From contig CM059431.1 in the NCBI GenBank assembly GCA_030390025.1, forward strand, positions 112,718,001-112,778,000: 60,000 nt of DNA. Reading direction: 5' to 3'. The notes beneath the pieces are model-generated. The model was not told the DNA's origin, did not search any database, and was given only the letters and a program-made list of their open reading frames with translations. Positions 12,301-24,300 of the stretch are shown one piece after another (within the stretch, counting starts at the first letter, position 1; every line of letters begins with the position of its first letter). The stretch comes from Squalus acanthias. Lineage: Eukaryota. Both the position numbers and the translations under genes were made by a program.

Positions 12301-15300
12301 TTATGTTCTTACCAGGGCCCTATATAATTGCAGTAAGACGTCTTTACTCTTATACTCAAATCCTCTTGTAATAAAGGCCAACATACCATTTGCTTTCCTA
12401 ATTGCTTGCTGTACCTGCATATTAACTTTGTGATTCGTGTACAAGGACACCCAGATCCCTCTGAACACCAGCATTTCCCAATCTCTCGTCATTTAAAAAA
12501 TACTCTGCTTTTCTATTTTTCCTACCAAAGTGGATAACTTCACATTTCACCACATTAGATTCCATTTGCCATGTTCTTGCCCACTCACTTAGCTTGTCTA
12601 TGTCCCCTTGAAGCCTCCTTGCATCCTCCTCACAGCTTACATTCCCACCCAGCTTTGTACCATCAGCAAACTTGGATATATTACCTTTGGTCCACTCAGC
12701 CAAATCACTGATGTAGATTGTGAATAGCTGAGGCCCAAGCACTGATCCTTGCGGTACCCCACTAGTTACAGCCTGCCAACCGGAAAGTGACCAGTTTATT
12801 CCTATTCTCTGTCCGTTAACCAATCCTCAATCCATGCTAGTATATTACCCCCAATTCCATGAGCCCTAATTTTGTTTAATAACATAAGAACATAAGACGT
12901 AGGAGCAGGAGTAGGTCATGTGGCCCCTCGAGCCTGCTCCGCCATTCAGTAAGATCATGGCTGATCTGATCTTGGCCTCAACTCCACTTCCCTGCCCGCT
13001 CCCCATAACCCTCGACTCCCTCACCATTCAAAAATCTGTCTATCTCCACCTTAAATATATTCAATGACCCAGCCTCCACAGCTCTCTGGGGAAGAGAATT
13101 CCAAAAAGATTCACGACCCTGAGAGAAGAAATTCCTCCTCATTTCCGTTTTAAATGGGTGCCCCCTTATTCTGAAATTATGCCCCCTAGTTCTAGATTCC
13201 CCCACGAGGGGAAACATCCTCCCTGCATCTACCTTGTCAAGCCCATTCAGAATCTTATATCTCTCTCATGTGGCACCTTATCAAATGCCTTCTCAAAATC
13301 CAAATACACCACATCCACTGGTTCCCCCTTATCTATTCTGCTAGTTACAACCTCAAAAATTTCTAACAGATTTGTCAAACACGATTTCCCTTTCATAAGT
13401 CCTATTATTATTTTCTAAGTGCCCCGTTACCACGTCCTTATTAGATTCTAGAATTTTCCCTACTACTGACGTCAGGTTAACTGGTCTGTAGTTCCCCATT
13501 TTCTCTCTCCCTCCTTTCTTAAATAGTGGGGTTACATTTGCTACCTTCCAATCCGCAGGAACCGTTCTAGAATCTGTGGAATTTTGGAAAATGACAACCA
13601 ATGCATCCACTATCTCTATAGCCACCTCTTTCAAAACCCTAGGATGTAGGCCATCAGGTCCAGGGGATTTATCAGCTTTCAGTCCCATTAATTTCTCCAG
13701 TACTATTTTTTTTTACTAATACTAATTTCTTTCAGTTCCTCATTCTTGGTTCTCCACTATTTCCGGGAAGTTTTTTACGTCTTCTTCCGTGAAGACAGAG
13801 AGAGAGGCTGGAATTTTGCCGGCGCTCAGAGTGCGGGTTTGGAGGCGGGACGCTGTCAAAATCGCAAAGATTGACAGCGGGTAGGAAACCCGCTGTCAAC
13901 CCACCTCCAATTACTCTTCCCAAGTGTCGGGTCCCCGATTTGCGCATGGACCAGACACCTAGCAGCGGAAAGAGGATTATAGCCACTTAACTGCCTGTTA
14001 ACAGGTACTTGATAGTTGTTAACAGACTCTTTTTCAATTTTGCCACTTCTGCCTCGGGTTTCCCGACGTCCGGACACCACGCCAGGTAAGTGTGGCGTGT
14101 TGTGAGTCTGCTGTAATGTTTCTGCATTGATGACAGCTGCAGAAGTGGTGTGAAGGATCCAATGGTACACTGGTGAGTTTCAGAGGTAAGAAAATGTTGG
14201 GAAAATCATTTTTAATGCATTTACACTTTTCTGTAGGTAACAAGTTTTGAATCGGATGTCTAGTCCCATCTCATTGGGAGAATCTCTCACCAGTGACAGA
14301 TCGCTTCTGTAACCTCACCTGCAGCTGCCATCTGTTCTAGCCTAAGGAGGGAGTCACTGGGTGCAAGAGCTCAGTTTTGTACAGTGATTGTCAGTGTTTG
14401 CAGCACCTCAATGCTGTCAAACACTGAGATATGAGCTGTCAAAAAAAAATTGTGCGTGGTCCCTTTAAGAAAACCGGCAGATGTCACGTCATCAAATGAC
14501 GTCATCTGACCGGCTTCCTCTTAACTGGCTAGCAAGCCCGCAGGCGGGCTTAACAAGGGTAATCGACGTAAAATCACGTCCATGGGCCGGATGCAGTTGG
14601 GGGCGGGACTGGAACCCGGAAACCAGCTGACCCGCACCCAATGACAAAATCGCGGCCAAAGTATTTGTTTAATTTCTCTGCCATTTCCTTATTCCCCATT
14701 ATAATTTCTCCTGTCTAACCCTGTAAGGGACCCACATTTACTTTTGCTAATCTTTTCCTTTTTACACACCTAGAGATGCTTTGAGTCTGTTTTTATGTCT
14801 CTCGCTAGTTAACTCTCATTCTATTTTCCCTTTCATTGTCAATTTCTTGGTCCTCCTTTGCTGAATTCTGAAATCCTCCCAATCCTCAGGCTTGCTACTC
14901 TTTTTGGCAACATTATAAGCCTCTTTCTTTGATGTATCATCATCTTTACCTTCTCTTGTTAGTCACGGTTGGCCCACTTTTCCTGTGGGGTTTTTGTGCC
15001 TTAAAGGAATGTATATTTGTTGTAAATTATGTATTAATTCTTTAAATGCTAGCCATTATCTACCGACATACCTTTTAATGTAGTTTCCCAATCTACTGTA
15101 GCCAACTCGCTCCTCATACCTATATAGTTTACTTTGTTTAGATTTAAGACCCTAGTTTCAGATTTAACTAAATCACTTTCAAACGCAATATAAAATTCTA
15201 TCATATTATGGTCACTCTTCCCTACAAGGTTATTAATTAACCCTTTCTCATTGCACAATACTAGATCTAAAATAGCCTGTTCCCTAGTTGGTTCCTCAAC

Positions 15301-18300
15301 ATACTGATCTAGAAAGCTATCTTGCATACATTCCATGAATTCGTCCTCCACACTATTAATGCAAATTTGGTTTGCCCAGTCTATGTAGATTAAAGTCGCC
15401 CATGATTACTGTATTACCCTTGTTACATGCACCTCTAATTTCCTGATTTATACTCTGCCCTACATTATAACTACTGGTTGGGGGCCTATAAACAACTCCC
15501 ACCAATGTTTTCTGCCCCTTGCTGTTTCTTAGCTCCACCTAAACTGATTCTACTTGATTTTCGGAGCCAAGCTCCTTTCTCTCTACTGTCTTTATCCCAT
15601 CCTTTATCAGAGCTACACCTTCTCCTTTTCCGTTTTGCCTATCTCTTCTAAAAGGTAAGTATCCTGGAATATTTAGTTCCCAACCTTGGCCACTTTGCAA
15701 CCATGTCTCCGTTATGGCTATTAGATCAAACCTGTTACTTTCTATCTGCGCTATTAATTCATCTATTTTGTTGTGAATGCTTCGCGCATTCAGATATAGT
15801 ACCTTTAGCTTTGACTTATTTCTATTTTCTCCTGATGCCTTATTACCTTTGTTACGCTCTGTCCCTTCCTGACCCATACTGCTTAGTTTTACCCAAAACT
15901 CTGCTCTAGAGCCTTGACATTTCTCTTGCTGCTTTTAAATTTACTCTTTCCTGAAGCCTCCCACCCCACCTTCATTAGTTTAAAGCCCTGTCTACTGCCC
16001 TAGTTATTCGGTTGGCCAGGACACTGGTCCCAGGGAACATAGCAGGCACATGGGAATAGAACTACTGCTCGTGTGAAAGAAAAACACAACCAGCTGGGTC
16101 GATCTGTCTGTTCCTTGCTGTCATTTCTATGTAATTTGGGTACTAGTACAGATTTAAAAATTGAATTGTAAAAAGTGAGAAAGTGTGCAAGACTGCATCA
16201 ATTTTACTACGGGTTAGTACCTGTGATTAATTCATTTTGGATATCAGTACATGAACTAGTACTAGTCTACTGATGCTATTTCAAATAATTCAAGGGAATC
16301 AAGTCACCGGTTATAAACTGGTTTGATCAATGAAAACTTCACTTTAAACGTAGATTGCACATATACCTTGCAGCACAGTCATATGCCAGGACATCAGTTT
16401 CTGCCAGTAGGTCACCATCAGTTTCATGATCTCCTCCATCAGGACCCAGCTCAAACAACTAGTAAAAAAAAAATTCCAGTAATGTCAAAGTATACTTTAT
16501 ATTTTCAATTTAGGTTGTTGTATTCCTCTTTTTTTTTAAAAAAAAACCAAGCAAGCACCATACCATCAGTGCAGCTTCTATGTTAAACCACCAAGTGGCA
16601 TGCTTGAACAAACCATAATCAGATCCAATTTTCTTTCATTTCCTCAGATAACCCAGCAAAATCCAAATTGCCCCCAGGGTATCAGAAGGGATGCCTTCTG
16701 CTGTTGTACAAGCTGTACTTGTACTAATCCAGTACTCGTACCATCTGTCCCCAATTTGTATAGTTACTATCCTTTTAATGGGAATTTAGGACTACCTGCT
16801 GCTGACAAAGCAAGAATAGAACATGCTTGAATTGCATTTAATTTGGTTACAAAGAAATATGAACTTTTATTAATACAAAAGCAAAATACTGCGGATGCTG
16901 GAAATCTGAAATAAAAACAGAAAATGCTGGAAATACTCAGCAGGTCAGGCAGCATCTGTGGAGAGAGAAGCAGAGTTAACGTTTCAGGTCGATGACCCTT
17001 CATCAGAATTGGATTAGGCACTTTACAGCCTTCTGGACTCAACATCGAGTTCAACAATTTCAGACCATAACCTCTGCCCCTATCTTTTCTTTCTTTCTCC
17101 CACATGGCAGCTGTCTTTCATTCTGCCATTGCCATTTACACTTCATCTGAGCCATCTTTTGTTTCTTAACTTATCCCATTACCATCTCCTTTTGCCTTGC
17201 ACCATCATCCCTTTTGTCTCTTAATCTCTCCTGCCTTCCATCCTATCACAGACCTTCCCTTTTATTCTTTCCTCCCCACCCCTACCCCTGCACTTGCTTA
17301 AAAACCTGTTCCATCTCCAGCTTTTTCCAGTTCTGACGAAGGGTCATCAACTTGAAACGTTAACTCTGGGGGGGGGGGGGGGGGGGGGGGGGGGTGTTTC
17401 TCTCTCTCCACAGATGCTGCCTGACCTGCTGAGTATTTCCAGCATTTTCTGTTTTTATTTTTGAACTTTTATTAGTTGCTTTGCTAGTTAACTCACCTTT
17501 ATTTTTGCTGTGTATTCACCTCTCCCACCAAACAGGCCAAGACCTCCAAGTAGTATGTCTGTATCTGCACAAAAGCGAATGGCTTCCACAGAATGAGCAG
17601 AATACCCCCAGCCACCTCCATGGCCTAAACGTTAATAGCAGATACAAATATAGTTAATACAAATTGCTTGTCAGAAGCTAAAACAAAGATAAAAGAAAGT
17701 AAATTTATTTTTATATATATATAAAAACCTACTTTCAAATCTATTAACCACACTATAGTCTTCTTTGGAATATACTTTAGTAACTGCTTGTATCTCCTCC
17801 TCTGTATTAGTGACTCCCATTTTCAGGTCCTGCATAACAGCCAATGTGTCCAAACAACCTGTTTTAATATTTGAAAAGAATTATTCAGGAAAATAAATAC
17901 TTCACACTTTGCACCCACTGACAGTATTGGACTGAGGAATTTAGTTCAGATGATACATAATTATTGTTTACTATATTTTTACTTCCTCCTCCCAAAAAAT
18001 GCACAATTAGAACATGTCCATTCATAACAATCCTAAACTAAGTAATCATAAGTTGTGGGACTTTACAAAAGCTGAATGCTCACATATTGATGGTAAGGCC
18101 CAATTTCACTGAATGAACATGTAAAGAAAACTGGAGATCAAAAATATATTAACTGCAATGTAAGAAATTTCAGCATTACTCAAGAATGGCATGCAAATTA
18201 AAAGGTGCCATGATCTTCATTTCATGAAAAGTTAGTTCAGTAATCACTTACATATACCAAATAATATGAGGTCGACTACTGTTGTGCAAGTTAAAAATCC

Positions 18301-21300
18301 TAAACACACTTTCATAAGCACTGGTGTTCGTTACATTAAATACAAACTTTGAATATACATTCATTGAGTACTTTAATCACTATAAAAGCAGATAAAAAGT
18401 GACAACTCACTACTACACTGCAAAAAACAAACGTGTCACCTATATGTACACAGCAACCAAGAATGGTTACTTATTTTCTTATATCAAAGGGTCAAACTTT
18501 ACTTAGAATAGACAATCTAGTGTCACAGGAGCGTAACAGTGTTTTGAGGACATACACATGGTGATTATTCAATGGAGCAGGACACGAAGGATTTGAAAAT
18601 TAGAATTTCTGGATCCTGAAGTTGATTTCACTCGGCAGAGGTAGCAGTGAAGCTTATTGGGAATGGAAGATGATGGATGTGCAGGGGGTAGATCGGGAAG
18701 TTCTGAACAAATTAGGAGTCTGTGGCTGGTGTGGAGAGGGTTAAAGAAGTCAATCCTCAAGGTTCAAAAGTATGGATTATGGTTTAGGCAGCCATAAGAG
18801 GGAGTTCGAGGCATACACAGTAATGATCTGAAGAAAGGCAGGACTCTTAACAATGAAGCTCAGGGTCAAACATGATACCGAGGATGTAACTAGGGAGATC
18901 TGATGGAAGTCTAGATTAAAAAGGGACATAGGCACTAGCAGGAACTGGAGAGAATGGCCTTGATTTTGAAGTGAAGGAAATTCTGACTCATCCAGGACTT
19001 GAAGTCATATAGGCAGTCAGAAAATATTGCAATAGTTTTGGAATTGATAGTAGAAATGGAAGGTAGAATGGGACACCGCCACTGTATTTGTGGATGCCGA
19101 CACTTCGCTTCTAAATGATGACACGGGGGAATGGGGTTAGGTGTCCCATGTTAAATGAAGAGACGACCAAGGATGGAGCCCTGAAGAATGGTCACTTGCA
19201 CAAGGTACTGAAGTGCTATTACTGCATGCAAACTGTATTCCAACGTAAGCCAATGTAGTTACAAGAGCATGGGAGAAAATTTAGAAATTAAAAAGCAATC
19301 CCCTGAACATCCATGGAGAATGCAATTTTAATAGTCAGTACCTTCCTAAAATTGTTGCTGCAAGTCTGGCTAACAAATTCAATACAAAAATCAACTGATA
19401 GCTACCGAAGATACTGGTAGAATTCCAATACGGCTTCATCTAGTTTATTATAATGAATCACACACTCAGATTACTATTCTTTGCATTAACACCCCGACAC
19501 ATCAAGGCTGTACATAACCATGCCCAACAATCTCACTGGTATCTGCGTGCCTCTAATTCTTGCCTCTTCAATGTTCCTGATTTTAATCACTCAACCATTG
19601 GTGGCCGTGCCTTCAGCTGCCTAGACCCTAAGCTCTGGAATTCCCTCCCTAAACCTCTTTCCACCTTTAAGACGCTTCTTAAAACTTACCGCTTTGACCA
19701 AGCTTGGTGTCAAATTTTGTTTTAGAACACTTCTGTGAAGTGCCTTGTGTCGTTTTACTACGTTAAAGGTGCTATATAAATACAAGTTGTTGTTTTTGTT
19801 GGTGCTTAAGCATGAACACAACTTTGCAAAAACTTCTGAATGAATACTGCATCTCACTGCAGAGCTTCAGGATTAACATATGCACATACAATTATCCAAG
19901 TAGCCATACCTAGAATGTGCAAAGCCCCATGAGACCTGGTGGTATTTGCTTTAGATCCTGTTGGTAGAGCAAGTTCAGGACTCAGTATACTACATCTACT
20001 GTGCATATCTGATGCTGCAGGAAGCCTGGCATCTGCTGTAACCGCATTGTAACACCAAACTTCTTTTGTACCTGGTATGAACCTTTGGAGAGAAAGAACA
20101 ACCTGTCAATTTTACAACTGTTGGGATTTTAAGAGTACTGACTTATGAATTTGATAGAAACATAGAAGATAGGAGCAGGAGTAGGCCATTCGGCCCCTCG
20201 AGCCTGTTCCGCCATTTAATGAGATCATGGCTGATCATCCAAATTCAGTACCCTGTCCCTGCTTTCTCCCCATATCCCTTTAGCCTTAAGAAATATATCT
20301 AACTCCTTCTTGAATATATTTAATGAATTGGCCTCAACTGCCTTGTGCGGTAGAGAATTCCACAGGTTCACCACTCTCTGGGTGAAGAAATTCCTCCTCA
20401 TCTCAGTCCTAAATGGCTTACCCCTTATCCTTAGACTGTGACCCCTGGTTCTGGACTCCCCCGCCATCGGGAACATCCTTCCTGCATCTAGTCTGTCTAG
20501 TCCTGTTAGAATTTTATAAGTTTCAATGAGATCCCCTCTCATTCTTCTAAACTCTAGTGAATATAAGCCTAATCGATCCAATCTCTCTTCATATGTCATT
20601 CCTGCCATCCCAGGTATCAGTCTGGTGAATCTTTGCTGCACTCTCTCCATGGCAAGAACATCCTTCCTCAGATAAGGTGACCAAAACTGCACACAATATT
20701 CAAGGTGTGGTCTCACCAAGGCCCTGTACAACTGCAGCAAGACATCCTTGCTCCTGTACTCGAATCCTCTCGCTATGAAGGCCAACATACCATTTGCCTT
20801 GTTAACCGCCTGCTGCACCTGCATGCTTACCTTCAGCGACTGGTGCACAAGGACACCCCGGTCTCGTTGCACTTCCCCTTTTCCCAATCTATTGCCGTTC
20901 AGATAATAATCTGTCTTCCTGTTTTTGCCACCGAAGTGGATAACCTCACATTTATCCACATTATACTGCATTTGCCATGCATCTGCCCAATCACCCAACC
21001 TGTCCAAATCATACTGGAGTTTCTCTGCATCCTCCTCACAGCACACACGCCCACCCAGCTTTGTGTCGTCTGCAAACTTGGAGATATTACATCTAGTTCC
21101 CTCGTCTAGATCATTAATATATATTGTGAATAGCTGGGGTCCTAGCACCGATCCCTGCGGTACCCCACTGGTCACTGCCTGCCACTCGGAAAAAAGACCC
21201 GTTTATTCCAACTCTTTGCTTCCTGTCTGCCAACCAGTTCTCTACCCAAGACAGTACCTTACCCCCCAATCCCGTGTGACTAAATGTGACCCAAATTTTG

Positions 21301-24300
21301 CTCATCACATGCCCCATTTCTTTTTTTTTTTGAATAGCAAACCAGAAATAGTGTTACACTTAGGAACAGGTGTAGGCCATTCAGCCCCTCAAGCCTGTTC
21401 CGCCAATTAGATCTGTACCTCAACTCCATTTACCCACCGTTGTTCCATATCCCTTGATACCCTTGCCTAACAAAAATTTATCAAAATGGGACACGAAAAT
21501 TGTAATTAACCCAACATCCACAGCCTGCTGAGAGAGGAGAGCAGAGTGGAGAGAGATCCAATTACCCTTACTTCAGGATTGGCATTTCAAGCATAAACCA
21601 GAGGTATTCAGACATTGGTCATAAAATTTGGGAATGTGTCAATTTGGGTATTTGAAATGCAACTATAGTGAATTTTCTCTTCATGCACTTAAAACATCTG
21701 ATAAGACTAAACTTGCTGTACTATTTGATCATTTTTTTTTTAATAAAACAAATTAAGGACTGCATAAAATGTGGATGACCAACATGGGTTCTGAAGATTC
21801 AATTAACAGCCCTCATCTAGCCTACTAAAATCAGGAAATAAAAACCTCAAATGAAAATAAGGGAGAATAATGGGTGACAAAGACCAACAATTAATAGTTA
21901 TTAATACCTAGTATTGAGGGAAAAAAAACAAAAGCAGAGTTTGGCTATGGATTTCAGCAAGAAAGTCTGATGGAAGACATTGTTTAAAGAGAGGCTAATG
22001 ATTCATTGTCCAGTCTTGTGGTCATCATAGGAATGTTTAACTTAAATTAACAAATCGTATTCCCATAGGAGCACTCCTAAATAATAGTAGCCAGCCTCAA
22101 ACAATCATTTAACAGGGTGCTTAGTTCTGTGTTTTCTCCACTTGTAAGAGTAGAGGAACTGCAGGAAAATGGAAAAATCACCTTTAATGTGGTAGGAAAT
22201 GAAAGCTCAGAGATTCTCCAGCTGCACAAGAGCCTCCAATTAGCACCAACATAGCTATGGCAACATAGCAGGTGTACTCCTTTCATGCAGCAATCTGGGG
22301 GTAAAATGTCTTTAAAAAGTTTCTAAGCCATGCCAGATGTTGATCCAATTGTAAACCATGACCCGTAATTTGCGGCCCCTACGGGCGCGTACAAGGTACA
22401 AGAATCTTCTTGACAGGTCATCCGCATCCCCAGGAAAAGGGCATCCGCAAGCGGAGAGTTCTGCCCAGTGAATGCCCGTGAAATTCTTACGCCTGGTAAA
22501 AGCAGGCCAGCTTTTACTAGCGTAAGAGTTTAAATGAACATAAAAATAATTTTTTTTCAAACATTAAAAAAAACCTGTAAAATAAGGTCGTTTTATTTTT
22601 AGCCCCTTTAAAACACGTAAATTTATTTTTCAAATTTAATTTGTTTTAAATATTTAATTAAATGGCATTTTAATTAATTTTAAAACACGTAAATTTATTT
22701 TTCAAATTTTTTAATTTGTTTTAAATATTTAATTAAATGGCATTTTAATTAATTTTAAATATGTAATTTTTAAAAATTTATTTGATGTGTAGATGTATTT
22801 TTGGGGGTATTCCCATTCATGCTTATGGGGTTTCCGTACACACGGAATCCCCATAAGCATGAGTGGGGATCCCCTTCTTTCATTCGTTGGGCTGGCCTAC
22901 GTGATCCCAGGGTTGCTTGCGAACCGCCTACGCCCCGGGATACGTGGGCCTCTACCCACGGGTACCCGGAGAGGCCCAGGACCGCGAGTCTTCGTACCTC
23001 CCGGACCACCAGGTAGGCAGGCATTTTATTTGCGGATCGGAGGCATTTCCCCGCAGGAAGCCTCCGACCGCAAATTCAGGGATATTGTTTTTTCCTACTG
23101 GGCTGGAGAATGGCCCACTGAATTTCAAGTGTAGATTTAATACACCAATATTTATAGTTCTACAAATGAAATATTCAAACAAAATAAATTATGCAGGCTG
23201 TGGGACTAGACCTTACCCTCTGTTACTGGGAATGTGAATTCTACTGTAAAACTTTGCACAAAAAGATCGAACTAACTGTTATAATAGTATTGTACAGAAT
23301 CACTCTGAAGCTTGAACAATAGAAACTCAAGGCCTATTGTATTTAGTCCTACAGGTACACAGTGACAAGCAAATTAACTCATTTCCTGAACTGCATTTTA
23401 GACTCTGCAATAAACCTAAAGTAATCTTTTTTGTAACATATGCTGCTGAATAAACTGCATGCAGATAACACAATAAATGTACAAACCTATAGTTTAAGGG
23501 TTAGTCATCATGCTTTTCAATATTCAAATTCAATAGAACTGAAAACGAAAATATCAAGGCAACCTTAACATTTTCCCCATAATCTTTTCAATGGTGAATT
23601 GGTTTTCAGTGCATATTTTCACAAGCAACTGTAGAAAACAAACTTTAATATACAAGGCTCAGTAAACACAGCAACATGTTAATATGGAGTAAAGTATAAG
23701 ACATCTGAAGATCCCCAAGATAATAAACAGTATACCAAACTTAGTTCCTTAAATACCCATTTTTCAGATTTCCGCATGTTTACATGAGCATGTCATACCT
23801 GACTATGTCTACAAGTTTAAAATCCAAAAATGATGGAAAATGACATTACAGCTTTGTGCTCAAAAGTTCTATTGCAGAGAAATATTGTAACATTACCTCC
23901 AAATTACATCATATACAGGATCCAAGCAAACTCCAAATCCTCTTAAGTCTTCCTGTTCTGAATCATTAAATGTCCTGCAGCTTCCATCCACCTTATTGAT
24001 TAACAGGCATTTAAAGGGCGGTGGCTCAGTTATGGATGCAGGAACCAAACCTGTATGAACAAACACCATAGATCAGACTTCCACAAGACATTTAGCCATA
24101 CCATTACAGCTCTTGAAAAGTTTCCAGATTTGTAATAAAACTGGAAATCAAGAGCTCACCCCTATTTGCCCCTCCTCTCCAGCAACTTATCCTAGATCTT
24201 AGTTCCTAGTCTACATTGCTCAAAACGGCACACTGTACAGTGAATTTACCTCTGCAATATCAGGAAAGCCAATCTAGCTCTACTTAAAATTGAGTTATTT

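Larger units (their letters stand above)
7831..12311 (+). mobile_element. Near full-length young CR1-clade LINE, antisense to MYCBP2
   Basis: 5' UTR with 75 bp monomers, ORF1 (esterase), ORF2 (APE-EN plus RT), 3' UTR ending ...cctatttcttatgttctta. Confidence 0.95.
7243..16033 (-). mobile_element. Host CR1 LINE (5'-truncated in ORF1, decayed) split into four pieces: 7243-7830, 12312-12883, 13261-13800, 14659-16033
   Basis: Pieces join colinearly (ggtctca|ccagggccc; taataac|ctct; gaagacaga|aaagtattt). ORFs 7412..7735, 12301..12823, 13353..13688 and 15049..15877 encode RT and APE endonuclease parts. (ttatg)-type tail at 7243. Confidence 0.88.
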
